Shown here: positions 16,469 through 25,093 of the stretch, piece by piece
How positions within the stretch are numbered: position 1 is the stretch's first letter
How the letters are laid out: each line of letters begins with the position of its first letter
NCBI GenBank assembly: GCA_902788735.1
Contig: CADALJ010000006.1
Location: forward strand, 1 to 43,814
DNA length: 43,814 bases
DNA from: an uncultured Erysipelotrichaceae bacterium
Lineage (GTDB): Bacteria > Bacillota_I > Bacilli_A > RF39 > UBA660
Direction: 5' to 3'
Notes under the pieces: generated by a model
The model's input: only the letters and a program-made list of their open reading frames with translations
Databases searched by the model: none
What the model was told of the DNA's origin: nothing
Made by a program: the position numbers and the translations under genes

Positions 16469-18834
16469 TGTTATTAAGTAAGAAATTTGTATCTGATTAT
16501 ATTGATTTAGATGAAAATTTAAGTATTACTGATATTGCTAATGCAATGACTTCAGTAGGTAATGAATATGATTATGCAGGTAAACTTATTAATTGTACTA
16601 ATTTAATTACTGGTGAAGTTGTAGAATGTGTTGATCATCCTGATAGTGATCATTTACATGTATGTAAAGTTAACATAGGAAGTGAAGTATTAAATATAGT
16701 ATGTGGTGCTCCTAATGTTAGATGTGGATTAAAAGTAGTTGTTGCTTTGCCAGGTGCTGTACTTCCTTTAGGAGAAATCAAAAAGGGTGTAATTCGTGGA
16801 GTAGAATCAAATGGTATGCTTTGTTCTCTTGCAGAATTAGGATTAGATAATAAATTCTTAAAACCTGAAGATAGGGAAGGTATTCATGAATTACCAAGCG
16901 ATACTGAAATTGGTATCGATGGTATTAAAGCCTTAGGATTAGATGATGAAGTAATTGATTTTGAATTAACAAGTAATAGAGGAGATTTATTAAGTGTTAT
17001 AGGTATGGCTTATGAATTAGGGGCAATCTACTCTAAGAAAGTAAAAGATATAGATTTAAAATATAATTCTAATGATGATGATATTAATAATTCGTTTAAA
17101 ATTGATATTCAAACTAAAGATTGTAGTTTATTCTTAGCTAAAAAAGCTATTAATGTAACGATAAAAGAAAGTCCTTTATTTATTAAGAATAGACTTATTG
17201 CATCAGGTATTAGACCTATTAATAATGTAGTAGATATATCAAATTATGTAATGTTAGAAACTGGTCAACCACTTCATTATTATGATGCTGATAGATTAGG
17301 TGATACATTAATAGTTAGAAATGCTACAGATGGAGAAAAACTTGTAACACTTGATTCAGAGGAAAGAGTTTTATCTAGTGATGATATAGTTATTGCAGAT
17401 AAAGAAAAAGCTATTGGACTTGCTGGTGTTATGGGTGGACTTTCTACAGAAGTAGAGGAAAACACTAAAAATATTATTATTGAATCAGCAATCTTTGATT
17501 CTATTAAAATTAGAAAAACTAGTAAGAAGATATTAAGAAGTGAAGCTTCTAATAGATTTGAAAAAGGTTTAGATCCATTAAGAACATATATGGCTATTGA
17601 GAGAAGTTGTGCATTACTTGAAAAGTATGCAGATGCTACAATAGTTGGTGGTATTTGTGAATATAAAGATTTAGTCATTAGTGATACTTCTATTGATATT
17701 ACATTAGCTAAGATTAAGAGTGTACTTGGAATAGAAATATCTAAAGAAGAGGTAATTGATATATTTAATAGATTAGGATTTATTGTTACTGATAATAAAG
17801 AATCATTAAATGTAGTAGTTCCTTCAAGAAGAAGAGATATTAAAATAGTAGAAGATTTAATAGAAGAAATTGGTAGAATTTATGGAATGGATAAAATAGA
17901 AGGAAAACTACCAGTACTTGATACTGTTAAAGGTAAATATGATAAGACTAAGAGAGCTATTAAACATAAACTTGCTGATCTTGGTTTAAATGAAACTATT
18001 AGTTATACATTAATACCTAAAGATGAAGTACATAAATTTACTAAAGATGAATTTACTGAAGTAATGTTAAATGATCCAATGAGTGAAGATAAGAATACTT
18101 TAAGATATAGTTTAATTTATTCATTATTAGAAATATATAAATATAATAAAGATAGAAATAATTCTAATGTATCTATATTTGAAATAGGTAAAGGTTTCTA
18201 TAAAAAAGATAACGAATACTTTGAAGAAAATAAATTATGTGTATTAATGAGTGGTGAATATGAATTAGATATTCATAATGAAAAAGTTGATTTCTATCAC
18301 TTAAAAGGTATTATGGAAGAATTATTATATTTCTTAGGATATGATAATAGATATAGTTTACTAATAAATGATTATATTCCAAATGAATTACATCCAGGTG
18401 TTAGTGCTGCAATTAACGTAAGTGGAGTTAATGTAGGAGTAATTGGTAAACTTCATCCTAACGTAATTAAAGATAATGTATATGTAATGGAAATTAATTT
18501 AGATAAATTGTTAAGCATAAAAACTGGATCTATGAAATATAAAGATTATTCTAAATTCCCAAGTATTTATAAAGATGCAGCGTTTATATTAGATAATAAA
18601 GTTACTAATAAAGAAGTACTTGATACTATTAAGAGAGCTGGAGGAAGATTGTTAAGTTCAGTATCATTATTTGATGTATATGAAAATATTTCTGAAGGTA
18701 AAAAATCTATGGCTTATAAGATGGTATTTACTGATCCTACTAAAACACTTAGTGATGAAGAAGTAATGGAATTATTTAATAAAATAATTGACAAAGTAGT
18801 GTCAAGTTTTAATGCAGAATTAAGAGATAAGTAA
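16468..18834 (+). CDS. pheT: phenylalanine--tRNA ligase beta subunit
   Basis: IVCGAPN, RGVESNGMLCS, NRGDLLS, GQPLH, RFEKG, FDVY. Confidence 0.98.
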   Translation: MLLSKKFVSDYIDLDENLSITDIANAMTSVGNEYDYAGKLINCTNLITGEVVECVDHPDSDHLHVCKVNIGSEVLNIVCGAPNVRCGLKVVVALPGAVLPLGEIKKGVIRGVESNGMLCSLAELGLDNKFLKPEDREGIHELPSDTEIGIDGIKALGLDDEVIDFELTSNRGDLLSVIGMAYELGAIYSKKVKDIDLKYNSNDDDINNSFKIDIQTKDCSLFLAKKAINVTIKESPLFIKNRLIASGIRPINNVVDISNYVMLETGQPLHYYDADRLGDTLIVRNATDGEKLVTLDSEERVLSSDDIVIADKEKAIGLAGVMGGLSTEVEENTKNIIIESAIFDSIKIRKTSKKILRSEASNRFEKGLDPLRTYMAIERSCALLEKYADATIVGGICEYKDLVISDTSIDITLAKIKSVLGIEISKEEVIDIFNRLGFIVTDNKESLNVVVPSRRRDIKIVEDLIEEIGRIYGMDKIEGKLPVLDTVKGKYDKTKRAIKHKLADLGLNETISYTLIPKDEVHKFTKDEFTEVMLNDPMSEDKNTLRYSLIYSLLEIYKYNKDRNNSNVSIFEIGKGFYKKDNEYFEENKLCVLMSGEYELDIHNEKVDFYHLKGIMEELLYFLGYDNRYSLLINDYIPNELHPGVSAAINVSGVNVGVIGKLHPNVIKDNVYVMEINLDKLLSIKTGSMKYKDYSKFPSIYKDAAFILDNKVTNKEVLDTIKRAGGRLLSSVSLFDVYENISEGKKSMAYKMVFTDPTKTLSDEEVMELFNKIIDKVVSSFNAELRDK

Positions 18835-18877
18835 TTTATCTCTTTTTTTATGTTAAAATAGTATTGGGAGTGATAAT

Positions 18878-18994
18878 ATGCCAAAAAATGAAATTAAAAA
18901 AGAAAATAAGAATAGTGTAGTATTAATGTATGCTGTTCTAGGTGCCATGATATTTATACTTGGGATAATTGTTGTTTGGAAATTCTTTATGTAA
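18878..18994 (+). CDS. small single-pass membrane protein (38 aa), not in ORF track
   Basis: MPKNEIKKENKNSVVLMYAVLGAMIFILGIIVVWKFFM; GGGAGTG RBS, TG-TAAAAT promoter, downstream hairpin plus T run. Confidence 0.65.
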   Translation: MPKNEIKKENKNSVVLMYAVLGAMIFILGIIVVWKFFM

Positions 18995-19056
18995 TAAGAA
19001 CTAGAGTTATCTAGTTTTTTTTTATATTTTGTTGTAAAATAATGTTGGTGGTAATT

Positions 19057-19695
19057 ATGCAACTAACTTATAATAATAAAGATTATGATATTGTTATAAA
19101 TAAGAAATTTAGTCAAAAAAACACTTATATTAGAGTAAAAAAAGATTTAAAAGTGACAGTTACTACTAATTATTTTACAAGTAATTATTCTATAGAAAAA
19201 TTAATAAGGGATAATTTTGATAGAATATGTAGAATGATAGATTTTCAAGAAACAAAAGTTAAAAATAATAATGGTTTCTTTTATTTAGGAAAACAATATG
19301 TAGTAATTTATTCTGATACTAAAGGAATTAAATTTGATGGTAATAAAGTATATATAAATCATGATTTTGATATAGATAATTGGTATAAGAGGGAGGCTAA
19401 GAAATTATTTTTAGAAAGATTAGATTATAATTATTCTAAATTTACTAAGAAGATTCCTTATCCAAAACTTAGAATTAGAAAGATGACTACTAGATGGGGA
19501 GTATGTAATATAAATACTCATATAATTACATTAAATTTGGAATTAATAAAAAGAGATATATCTTATTTGGATTATGTTATTATTCATGAGATGAGTCATT
19601 TAATACATGGAGATCATTCAAGAAGCTTTTGGAAATTAGTTGAAGATAATATGCCTAATTATAAAAAATATAGAGAAGAAATGAAGGAGTTTTAA
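19057..19695 (+). CDS. YgjP/DUF45 (M48-like) metal-dependent hydrolase
   Basis: MTTRWGVCN, DYVIIHEMSHLIH.DHS..FW. Confidence 0.88.
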   Translation: MQLTYNNKDYDIVINKKFSQKNTYIRVKKDLKVTVTTNYFTSNYSIEKLIRDNFDRICRMIDFQETKVKNNNGFFYLGKQYVVIYSDTKGIKFDGNKVYINHDFDIDNWYKREAKKLFLERLDYNYSKFTKKIPYPKLRIRKMTTRWGVCNINTHIITLNLELIKRDISYLDYVIIHEMSHLIHGDHSRSFWKLVEDNMPNYKKYREEMKEF

Positions 19696-20423
19696 TGATT
19701 ATTACAAGTTTAGAAAATAATAAAATTAAAGATTTAGTAAAATTGCAAAGTAAAAAATATAGAGATAATACTAATACCTTTTTAGTAGAGGGGTATCATT
19801 TGGTAGAAGAGGCATATAAAGCTGGTATTGTTAAAGAAATATTTGCGCTTGATGGTAATTCTATTAAATTTGATGTACCTATTACTTATGTATCAAATGA
19901 AGTTATGAAAAAAATTAGTACTACAGATGCAGTTATAGATGTAATTGCTTTATGTGAAAAGCTTAATGGTAATGAAATAATTGGTAATAAGATATTGCTT
20001 TTAGATGATATACAAGATCCGGGTAATTTAGGGACAATTATTAGAAGTAGTGTTGCTTTTAATGTAGATACTATTATTCTATCTTTTAATACTGTTGATT
20101 TATATAATTCTAAAGTACTTAGGTCAACTCAAGGTATGTTTTGCCATATCAATATAATTACTATGGATTTAGTAGAAGCTATTACTGAACTTAAGTCTAG
20201 AAATATTCCTATATATGGTACTAATGTTAATAATGGTATTGATGTAAGAAGTTTAAATGATACATCTAGTTATGCATTAGTAATGGGAAATGAAGGTAAT
20301 GGTGTAAAGGTAAATATTCAAAATATGTGTGATAAGAATTTATATATATCTATGAATGATAAAGCAGAAAGCTTAAATGTAGGAGTTGCCTGTAGTATAT
20401 TATTATATGAATTGGAGAAGTAA
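19695..20423 (+). CDS. TrmH/SpoU family RNA methyltransferase
   Basis: IQDPGNLGTIIRS, GNEGNG, ESLNVGVA. Confidence 0.93.
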   Translation: MIITSLENNKIKDLVKLQSKKYRDNTNTFLVEGYHLVEEAYKAGIVKEIFALDGNSIKFDVPITYVSNEVMKKISTTDAVIDVIALCEKLNGNEIIGNKILLLDDIQDPGNLGTIIRSSVAFNVDTIILSFNTVDLYNSKVLRSTQGMFCHINIITMDLVEAITELKSRNIPIYGTNVNNGIDVRSLNDTSSYALVMGNEGNGVKVNIQNMCDKNLYISMNDKAESLNVGVACSILLYELEK

Positions 20424-20424
20424 T

Positions 20425-20904
20425 ATGAATAAAGTATTTATTGGTAAAATTGTATCTTGCCATGGTATAAAGGGAGAATTAAAGATTTTATCTGATTTTC
20501 AATATAAAGATAAGGTATTTGTTGTTGGAAATAAATTAATTATTGATGATAGGGAATATATTATTAGAAGTTATCGTGTTCATAAGAATTTCGATATGGT
20601 TACATTAGATTCTTATAAAGATATAAATGAAGTATTATTTTTATTAAAGAAAAATGTCTATTTTGATAAAAATAATTTGAATCTAGAAAGTGATGAGATT
20701 CTTGATGAAGATTTAATTACTTATAAAGTATTGACAAATACAGGTAAAGTTGGAATAATAAAAGAGATTTTTAAAGCAAGTGAAACTAATAAAATTATTA
20801 GAGTTTTATTTGATAAAGAAGTATTAATTCCAATTAGTTTTATTAAAAAAATTGATAAAGATAAGAAAGAAATCACTGTAGAATTAATAGATGGAATGAA
20901 TTAG
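20425..20904 (+). CDS. rimM: 16S rRNA processing protein RimM
   Basis: IGKIVSCHGIKGELK, PRC-barrel VLIP; upstream of trmD; GGAG RBS before ATG 20425. Confidence 0.9.
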   Translation: MNKVFIGKIVSCHGIKGELKILSDFQYKDKVFVVGNKLIIDDREYIIRSYRVHKNFDMVTLDSYKDINEVLFLLKKNVYFDKNNLNLESDEILDEDLITYKVLTNTGKVGIIKEIFKASETNKIIRVLFDKEVLIPISFIKKIDKDKKEITVELIDGMN

Positions 20905-20912
20905 GTGATAGA

Positions 20913-21578
20913 ATGAGAATAGATATTTTAACAATATTTCCTGAAATGTTTACTGGGGTGTTTAGTGAATCAATAATTAAAAGAGCTATGGAGAATAAAA
21001 AGGTTCAAATAAACTTAATTAATTTTAGAGATTATACTAATGATCCTCATAATAAGGTGGATGATACACCATATGGTGGAGGAGCTGGAATGGTTTTAAT
21101 GCCTCAACCAATATTTGATTGTGTTAAAAGTATTAGGACAGCTGAAGCTAAAGTTATTTTACTTACACCTAGTGGAAAAGTATATAATCAAAGAATGGCT
21201 TATGATTTATCAAATGAAAAGCATTTGATTATAATATGTGGACATTATGAAGGCTTTGATGAAAGAATTAAAAGTATTTGTGATTTAGAATTAAGTATTG
21301 GTGATTATGTATTAACTGGTGGAGAAATACCAGCTATGGTGTTAGTTGATTCTATTACTCGTTTGTTGGATGGAGTAATTAGGGATGAATCTCATATCAA
21401 TGATTCATTTAATAATAATTTGTTAGATTATCCAACATATACAAAGCCTAGAGTATATGAAGGTATGGAAGTACCTGAAGTACTTCTAAGTGGTGATCAT
21501 AAGAAAATAGAAGAATATCGTCATAATGAACAGATTAGAATAACTAAAGAAAATAGACCAGATTTATTAGATAAGTAG
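20913..21578 (+). CDS. trmD: tRNA (guanine-N1)-methyltransferase
   Basis: VDDTPYGGGAGM, CGHYEGFDER, SIGDYVLTGGE. Confidence 0.98.
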   Translation: MRIDILTIFPEMFTGVFSESIIKRAMENKKVQINLINFRDYTNDPHNKVDDTPYGGGAGMVLMPQPIFDCVKSIRTAEAKVILLTPSGKVYNQRMAYDLSNEKHLIIICGHYEGFDERIKSICDLELSIGDYVLTGGEIPAMVLVDSITRLLDGVIRDESHINDSFNNNLLDYPTYTKPRVYEGMEVPEVLLSGDHKKIEEYRHNEQIRITKENRPDLLDK

Positions 21579-21586
21579 GTGAAGTC

Positions 21587-22036
21587 ATGTATTCTGTTAA
21601 TAGTAAAAATAAGAATAAAAATAAATTAATTGATAAAACAGTATTGATAGAACTAGATGGTTTTATGATGGGTTCTAAAAATAAAGTTTATAAGATTGGT
21701 GAAAATGCTGTTAAAGATATTAAAGTAGTTGATAAAAATCTTGCATCAAATTTAGTTAATAAACAAGTTTTAAAAAAATATCAAAAATTAATCAACTATT
21801 TAACAGAATTATTGATAGATGATGATGATAGTGGAGATACTTATAGAGAAGTTTTAAATCAAATAGAAAAATTTAGACAAGAAATAAAAAATAAATATAG
21901 AAAATATTTAAAACAAAAAGATTTAGAAAATATGTCTAAAAAATTAATAGTATTACAAAAGGAAGCTAATAAAAGACTTAGTGAATTATTAAATAATGTG
22001 TATAATTATGAAAATGAAAATAGAAGAAGTAAATAA
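21587..22036 (+). CDS. hypothetical helical protein
   Basis: 149 aa ORF with AGGTG RBS, probably co-transcribed with trmD. Confidence 0.7.
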   Translation: MYSVNSKNKNKNKLIDKTVLIELDGFMMGSKNKVYKIGENAVKDIKVVDKNLASNLVNKQVLKKYQKLINYLTELLIDDDDSGDTYREVLNQIEKFRQEIKNKYRKYLKQKDLENMSKKLIVLQKEANKRLSELLNNVYNYENENRRSK

Positions 22037-22114
22037 TACTTCTTTTTTCTTTTTTGTTATGATATAATTTCTATGATAGTAATAATATAATTAGGGGTTA
22101 AATGAGGTGATGTT

Positions 22115-23227
22115 ATGGATCAAAATAATAAATTTCAATTTGTTAATTCAGAAGAAATTAAGGAAGAGTCAAAAGTAAATAATAATATTGAAAAAGAAGA
22201 TAATACTATAGAAAAAGAAGATAATACTATAGAAATATCTAAAGGAAGACATTTTAGTTTTGAAGAGAGAATAATTGCATCAGTAATAGTTATTTTAATA
22301 TTATTTGTAGGGGCTTGTTTCTTAGGATTAAAGGTTATTAATCATACTACTGTTACAAGAGTTAATTATGTTGAAAATAGTGATTTTACATATCAAGTAT
22401 GTTTAAAAAATAAAACATGTTTACCAGAAAATTCTTTATATAATTCATCTGATATTAATATTATTAAGTTATCATTTAGATACGATGCAAAGTATGAGAA
22501 AAGAGTTAAATATAATAATGATTATAGAGTACTTGCTATTATAAGTGCAGTTGACGAAGAAAGTGAAAAAGTTTTATATCAAGAAAGTATTAATTTAGTA
22601 GAAAAAACTACAGTTTCTGGAAAAAAAGATAAATATTCAATTAATGAAATAGTTACTATTAATTATGATAAATATAAAGAATTATTAAATGAGTATGGTA
22701 ATGCACAAAAAGATATGGAAGTAGTATTTTATTTAGAGGAAGGTAATGAAAGTAGAAATGTTTCTTCTATAGTTATTCCTTTTTCAAAAGATACTTTTGA
22801 ATTAAATAAACATACTACTGTTAATGAAGTTAGAAAGGCAAAGGAAGTAGTAAATGTTTGGGATACATACTCATTAGTATATGGATTAGCTACTTCATTT
22901 TTAACTATAATTTCATTAATATTAGTATATAAAACTACTAGTTTAGTTTTAAAGGTTACTAATAATAAAAGTGATTATGAAGAAGCTCTTGATAATATTT
23001 TAAAAGAATATAATAATATTATAATTGTGGCACAAGATGGATATGAATCTATAATTGAAAGAGAAATAATTAAAATTAGTGAATTTGAAGAATTAGTTAA
23101 AATACGAGATAGAATAGGTAAGCCTATTATATTTTCTAAAATAAATAATGTTAAAAGTGAATTTATTGTAGAAGATGAAAATGTAATATATAAATATGTG
23201 ATTAAAGAAGCTGATTTTACAAATTAA
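22115..23227 (+). CDS. DUF5305-like two-TM membrane protein
   Basis: TM, extracellular beta domain, TM, then cytoplasmic FEELVKI..IGKPI domain. Confidence 0.6.
   Translation: MDQNNKFQFVNSEEIKEESKVNNNIEKEDNTIEKEDNTIEISKGRHFSFEERIIASVIVILILFVGACFLGLKVINHTTVTRVNYVENSDFTYQVCLKNKTCLPENSLYNSSDINIIKLSFRYDAKYEKRVKYNNDYRVLAIISAVDEESEKVLYQESINLVEKTTVSGKKDKYSINEIVTINYDKYKELLNEYGNAQKDMEVVFYLEEGNESRNVSSIVIPFSKDTFELNKHTTVNEVRKAKEVVNVWDTYSLVYGLATSFLTIISLILVYKTTSLVLKVTNNKSDYEEALDNILKEYNNIIIVAQDGYESIIEREIIKISEFEELVKIRDRIGKPIIFSKINNVKSEFIVEDENVIYKYVIKEADFTN
22190..22231 (+). repeat. 21-bp tandem duplication (EKEDNTI x2)
   Basis: GAAAAAGAAGATAATACTATA repeated exactly twice, in frame. Confidence 0.9.
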
Positions 23228-23240
23228 ATTAAATTTAGCC

Positions 23241-23312
23241 TTGAAAATATAATATATTGTGTTATAATACAAGAAGAAAGGAGTGAGAATATAGGTTCTC
23301 ACTCTTATTATT
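23241..23312 (+). promoter_or_regulatory. promoter and leader hairpin of rimP-nusA-infB operon
   Basis: TTGAAA-16 bp-TATAAT; GAGTGAGAA/TTCTCACTC hairpin with weak T tract, like the Firmicute ylxS leader terminator. Confidence 0.65.
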
Positions 23313-23324
23313 TGGGAGGTGCTT

Positions 23325-23570
23325 ATGAAAGAAAAAGTTTCTAGTCTAGTAGATGAATCAATTAAAGAATTAAATATTTTTGTAGATGATGCATTTATTA
23401 GTGAAGAGGAAGGAAAAAAAATATTTAATATAGTACTTGATAGTGATGAAGTAATTGATTTAAATAGGGTAACAGATGCCTCAAGAATAATTAATAAGAT
23501 TATGGATAATTCTAGTTTATTAGGCGATACTGATGAATTAGATATCTATTCAAAGGAGAAAGGTGAGTAA
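23325..23570 (+). CDS. rimP: RimP, N-terminal domain only (81 aa)
   Basis: IDL..V..ASRII..IMD...LDIYS resembles the RimP NTD; first gene before nusA. Confidence 0.7.
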   Translation: MKEKVSSLVDESIKELNIFVDDAFISEEEGKKIFNIVLDSDEVIDLNRVTDASRIINKIMDNSSLLGDTDELDIYSKEKGE

Positions 23571-23571
23571 A

Positions 23572-24807
23572 ATGGCAAAAAAAGTAGAGGAGAAAACAAC
23601 AGGAATGAACGGAAAAGAATTTAAGAAAGCATTAGATAATATAGTATTAGAAAAAGATATTGATCCAGAAGTAGTATATAGTGCTATGGAATTAGCATTA
23701 ACTAGTGCATATAAAAAGAATTTTAATTCTAAAACTAATGTAAAAGTATTATTTGATCGTAATACAGGAGATATCAAAGTATTTTCTTATCTTACAGTTG
23801 TTGCTGATGACAAGATGACTAAAGAAGAATACGATGATGCGTTATTTGAAAAGTATGCAGAAGATGAAAATTTAGATACTGAAGTAGAAGAGGCATCTGA
23901 TGAAGGTGAAGGAGAAGAAGGTGGAGAAGTTAAAGAAACTATTTCATTCTTTAATCCAGAAACTGAAATTAAATTAAGTGATGCTAAAAAGATAGATAAG
24001 TCTCTAGAAATAGGAGATACTATTGATACTGAAGTTACTCCTAAAGACTTTGGTAGAGTTGCTGCATCAACTGCTAAACAAGTAGTAGTTCAAAAGATAA
24101 GAGAAGCAGAAAGAAATAGTATCATGGAGGAATTTGGAGATAAACAAGATGAATTATTAGTTGGTACTGTTGCATTAGAAGATACTGATAATTACTTTAT
24201 TGATTTAGGTAGAACAAATGGTATTTTACCTAAGAAAGATTGTATCCCAGGAGAAAAAATTGAAATGGGTAGTCAAATCAAAGTATATGTATCTAAAGTG
24301 GATAATAATGGTAAGAATTTATTAATACTTTTAAGTAGAACTCATTTTGGTTTTGTTAAGAGATTATTTGAACTTGAAATACCTGAAATTAATGATGGTA
24401 CTGTAATGATTTATAGTGTAGCAAGAGATGCTGGAAATAGAAGTAAAGTTGCAGTGTATTCAGAGAACCCTAATGTAGATCCAATTGGTGCTTGTATTGG
24501 TGAAAAAGGTAGTAGAATTTCTAGAATTATAGAAGAACTACATGGAGAAAAATTAGATGTAGTTAAATATGATTCTGATCCTGCAGTATTTATTGAAAAC
24601 GCACTATCACCTGCAAAAGATTTAACAGTAGCTATTACTGATCCAAAGAAATTAGAAGCTATGGTTATTGCTGATGGTGATAATTTCTCATTAGCAATTG
24701 GTAAAAAAGGACAAAATGCGCGTCTTGCTACTAGATTAACTAAGTTTAAGAAAATTGATATTAAGACAAGTGAACAAGCAAGAGAAGCTGGAATTAATTT
24801 TAGATAG
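23572..24807 (+). CDS. nusA: transcription factor NusA
   Basis: FGRVAASTAKQ, S1 domain, KH motifs GACIGEKGSRI and AIGKKGQNARLA; GTG at 23563 is an alternative start. Confidence 0.97.
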   Translation: MAKKVEEKTTGMNGKEFKKALDNIVLEKDIDPEVVYSAMELALTSAYKKNFNSKTNVKVLFDRNTGDIKVFSYLTVVADDKMTKEEYDDALFEKYAEDENLDTEVEEASDEGEGEEGGEVKETISFFNPETEIKLSDAKKIDKSLEIGDTIDTEVTPKDFGRVAASTAKQVVVQKIREAERNSIMEEFGDKQDELLVGTVALEDTDNYFIDLGRTNGILPKKDCIPGEKIEMGSQIKVYVSKVDNNGKNLLILLSRTHFGFVKRLFELEIPEINDGTVMIYSVARDAGNRSKVAVYSENPNVDPIGACIGEKGSRISRIIEELHGEKLDVVKYDSDPAVFIENALSPAKDLTVAITDPKKLEAMVIADGDNFSLAIGKKGQNARLATRLTKFKKIDIKTSEQAREAGINFR

Positions 24808-24815
24808 AGGTTATT

Positions 24816-25079
24816 ATGAAGAATAAGAAAATACCTTTAAGAACTTGTATTGTAACTAAGGAAAATCTTCCAAAAAGTGAACTATTAAGAATAGTTAGAA
24901 CTCCAGATGGAGATATAGAAGTCGATGAAACTGGAAAACTTAATGGAAGAGGAGCATATATTAAAAAAGATTTAGGTGTATTGGAATCATTGCAAAGATC
25001 TAAATTATTAGAAAAAAAGTTAGAATGTAAGATTCCAGATGGTGTATATGAACAAATAAAAAATATAATAGAAAAGTGA
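24816..25079 (+). CDS. ylxR: YlxR (RnpM) RNA-binding protein
   Basis: PLRTCIV, LLRIVR, GRGAY. Confidence 0.93.
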   Translation: MKNKKIPLRTCIVTKENLPKSELLRIVRTPDGDIEVDETGKLNGRGAYIKKDLGVLESLQRSKLLEKKLECKIPDGVYEQIKNIIEK

Positions 25080-25093
25080 GGTGGTCACTAGTG

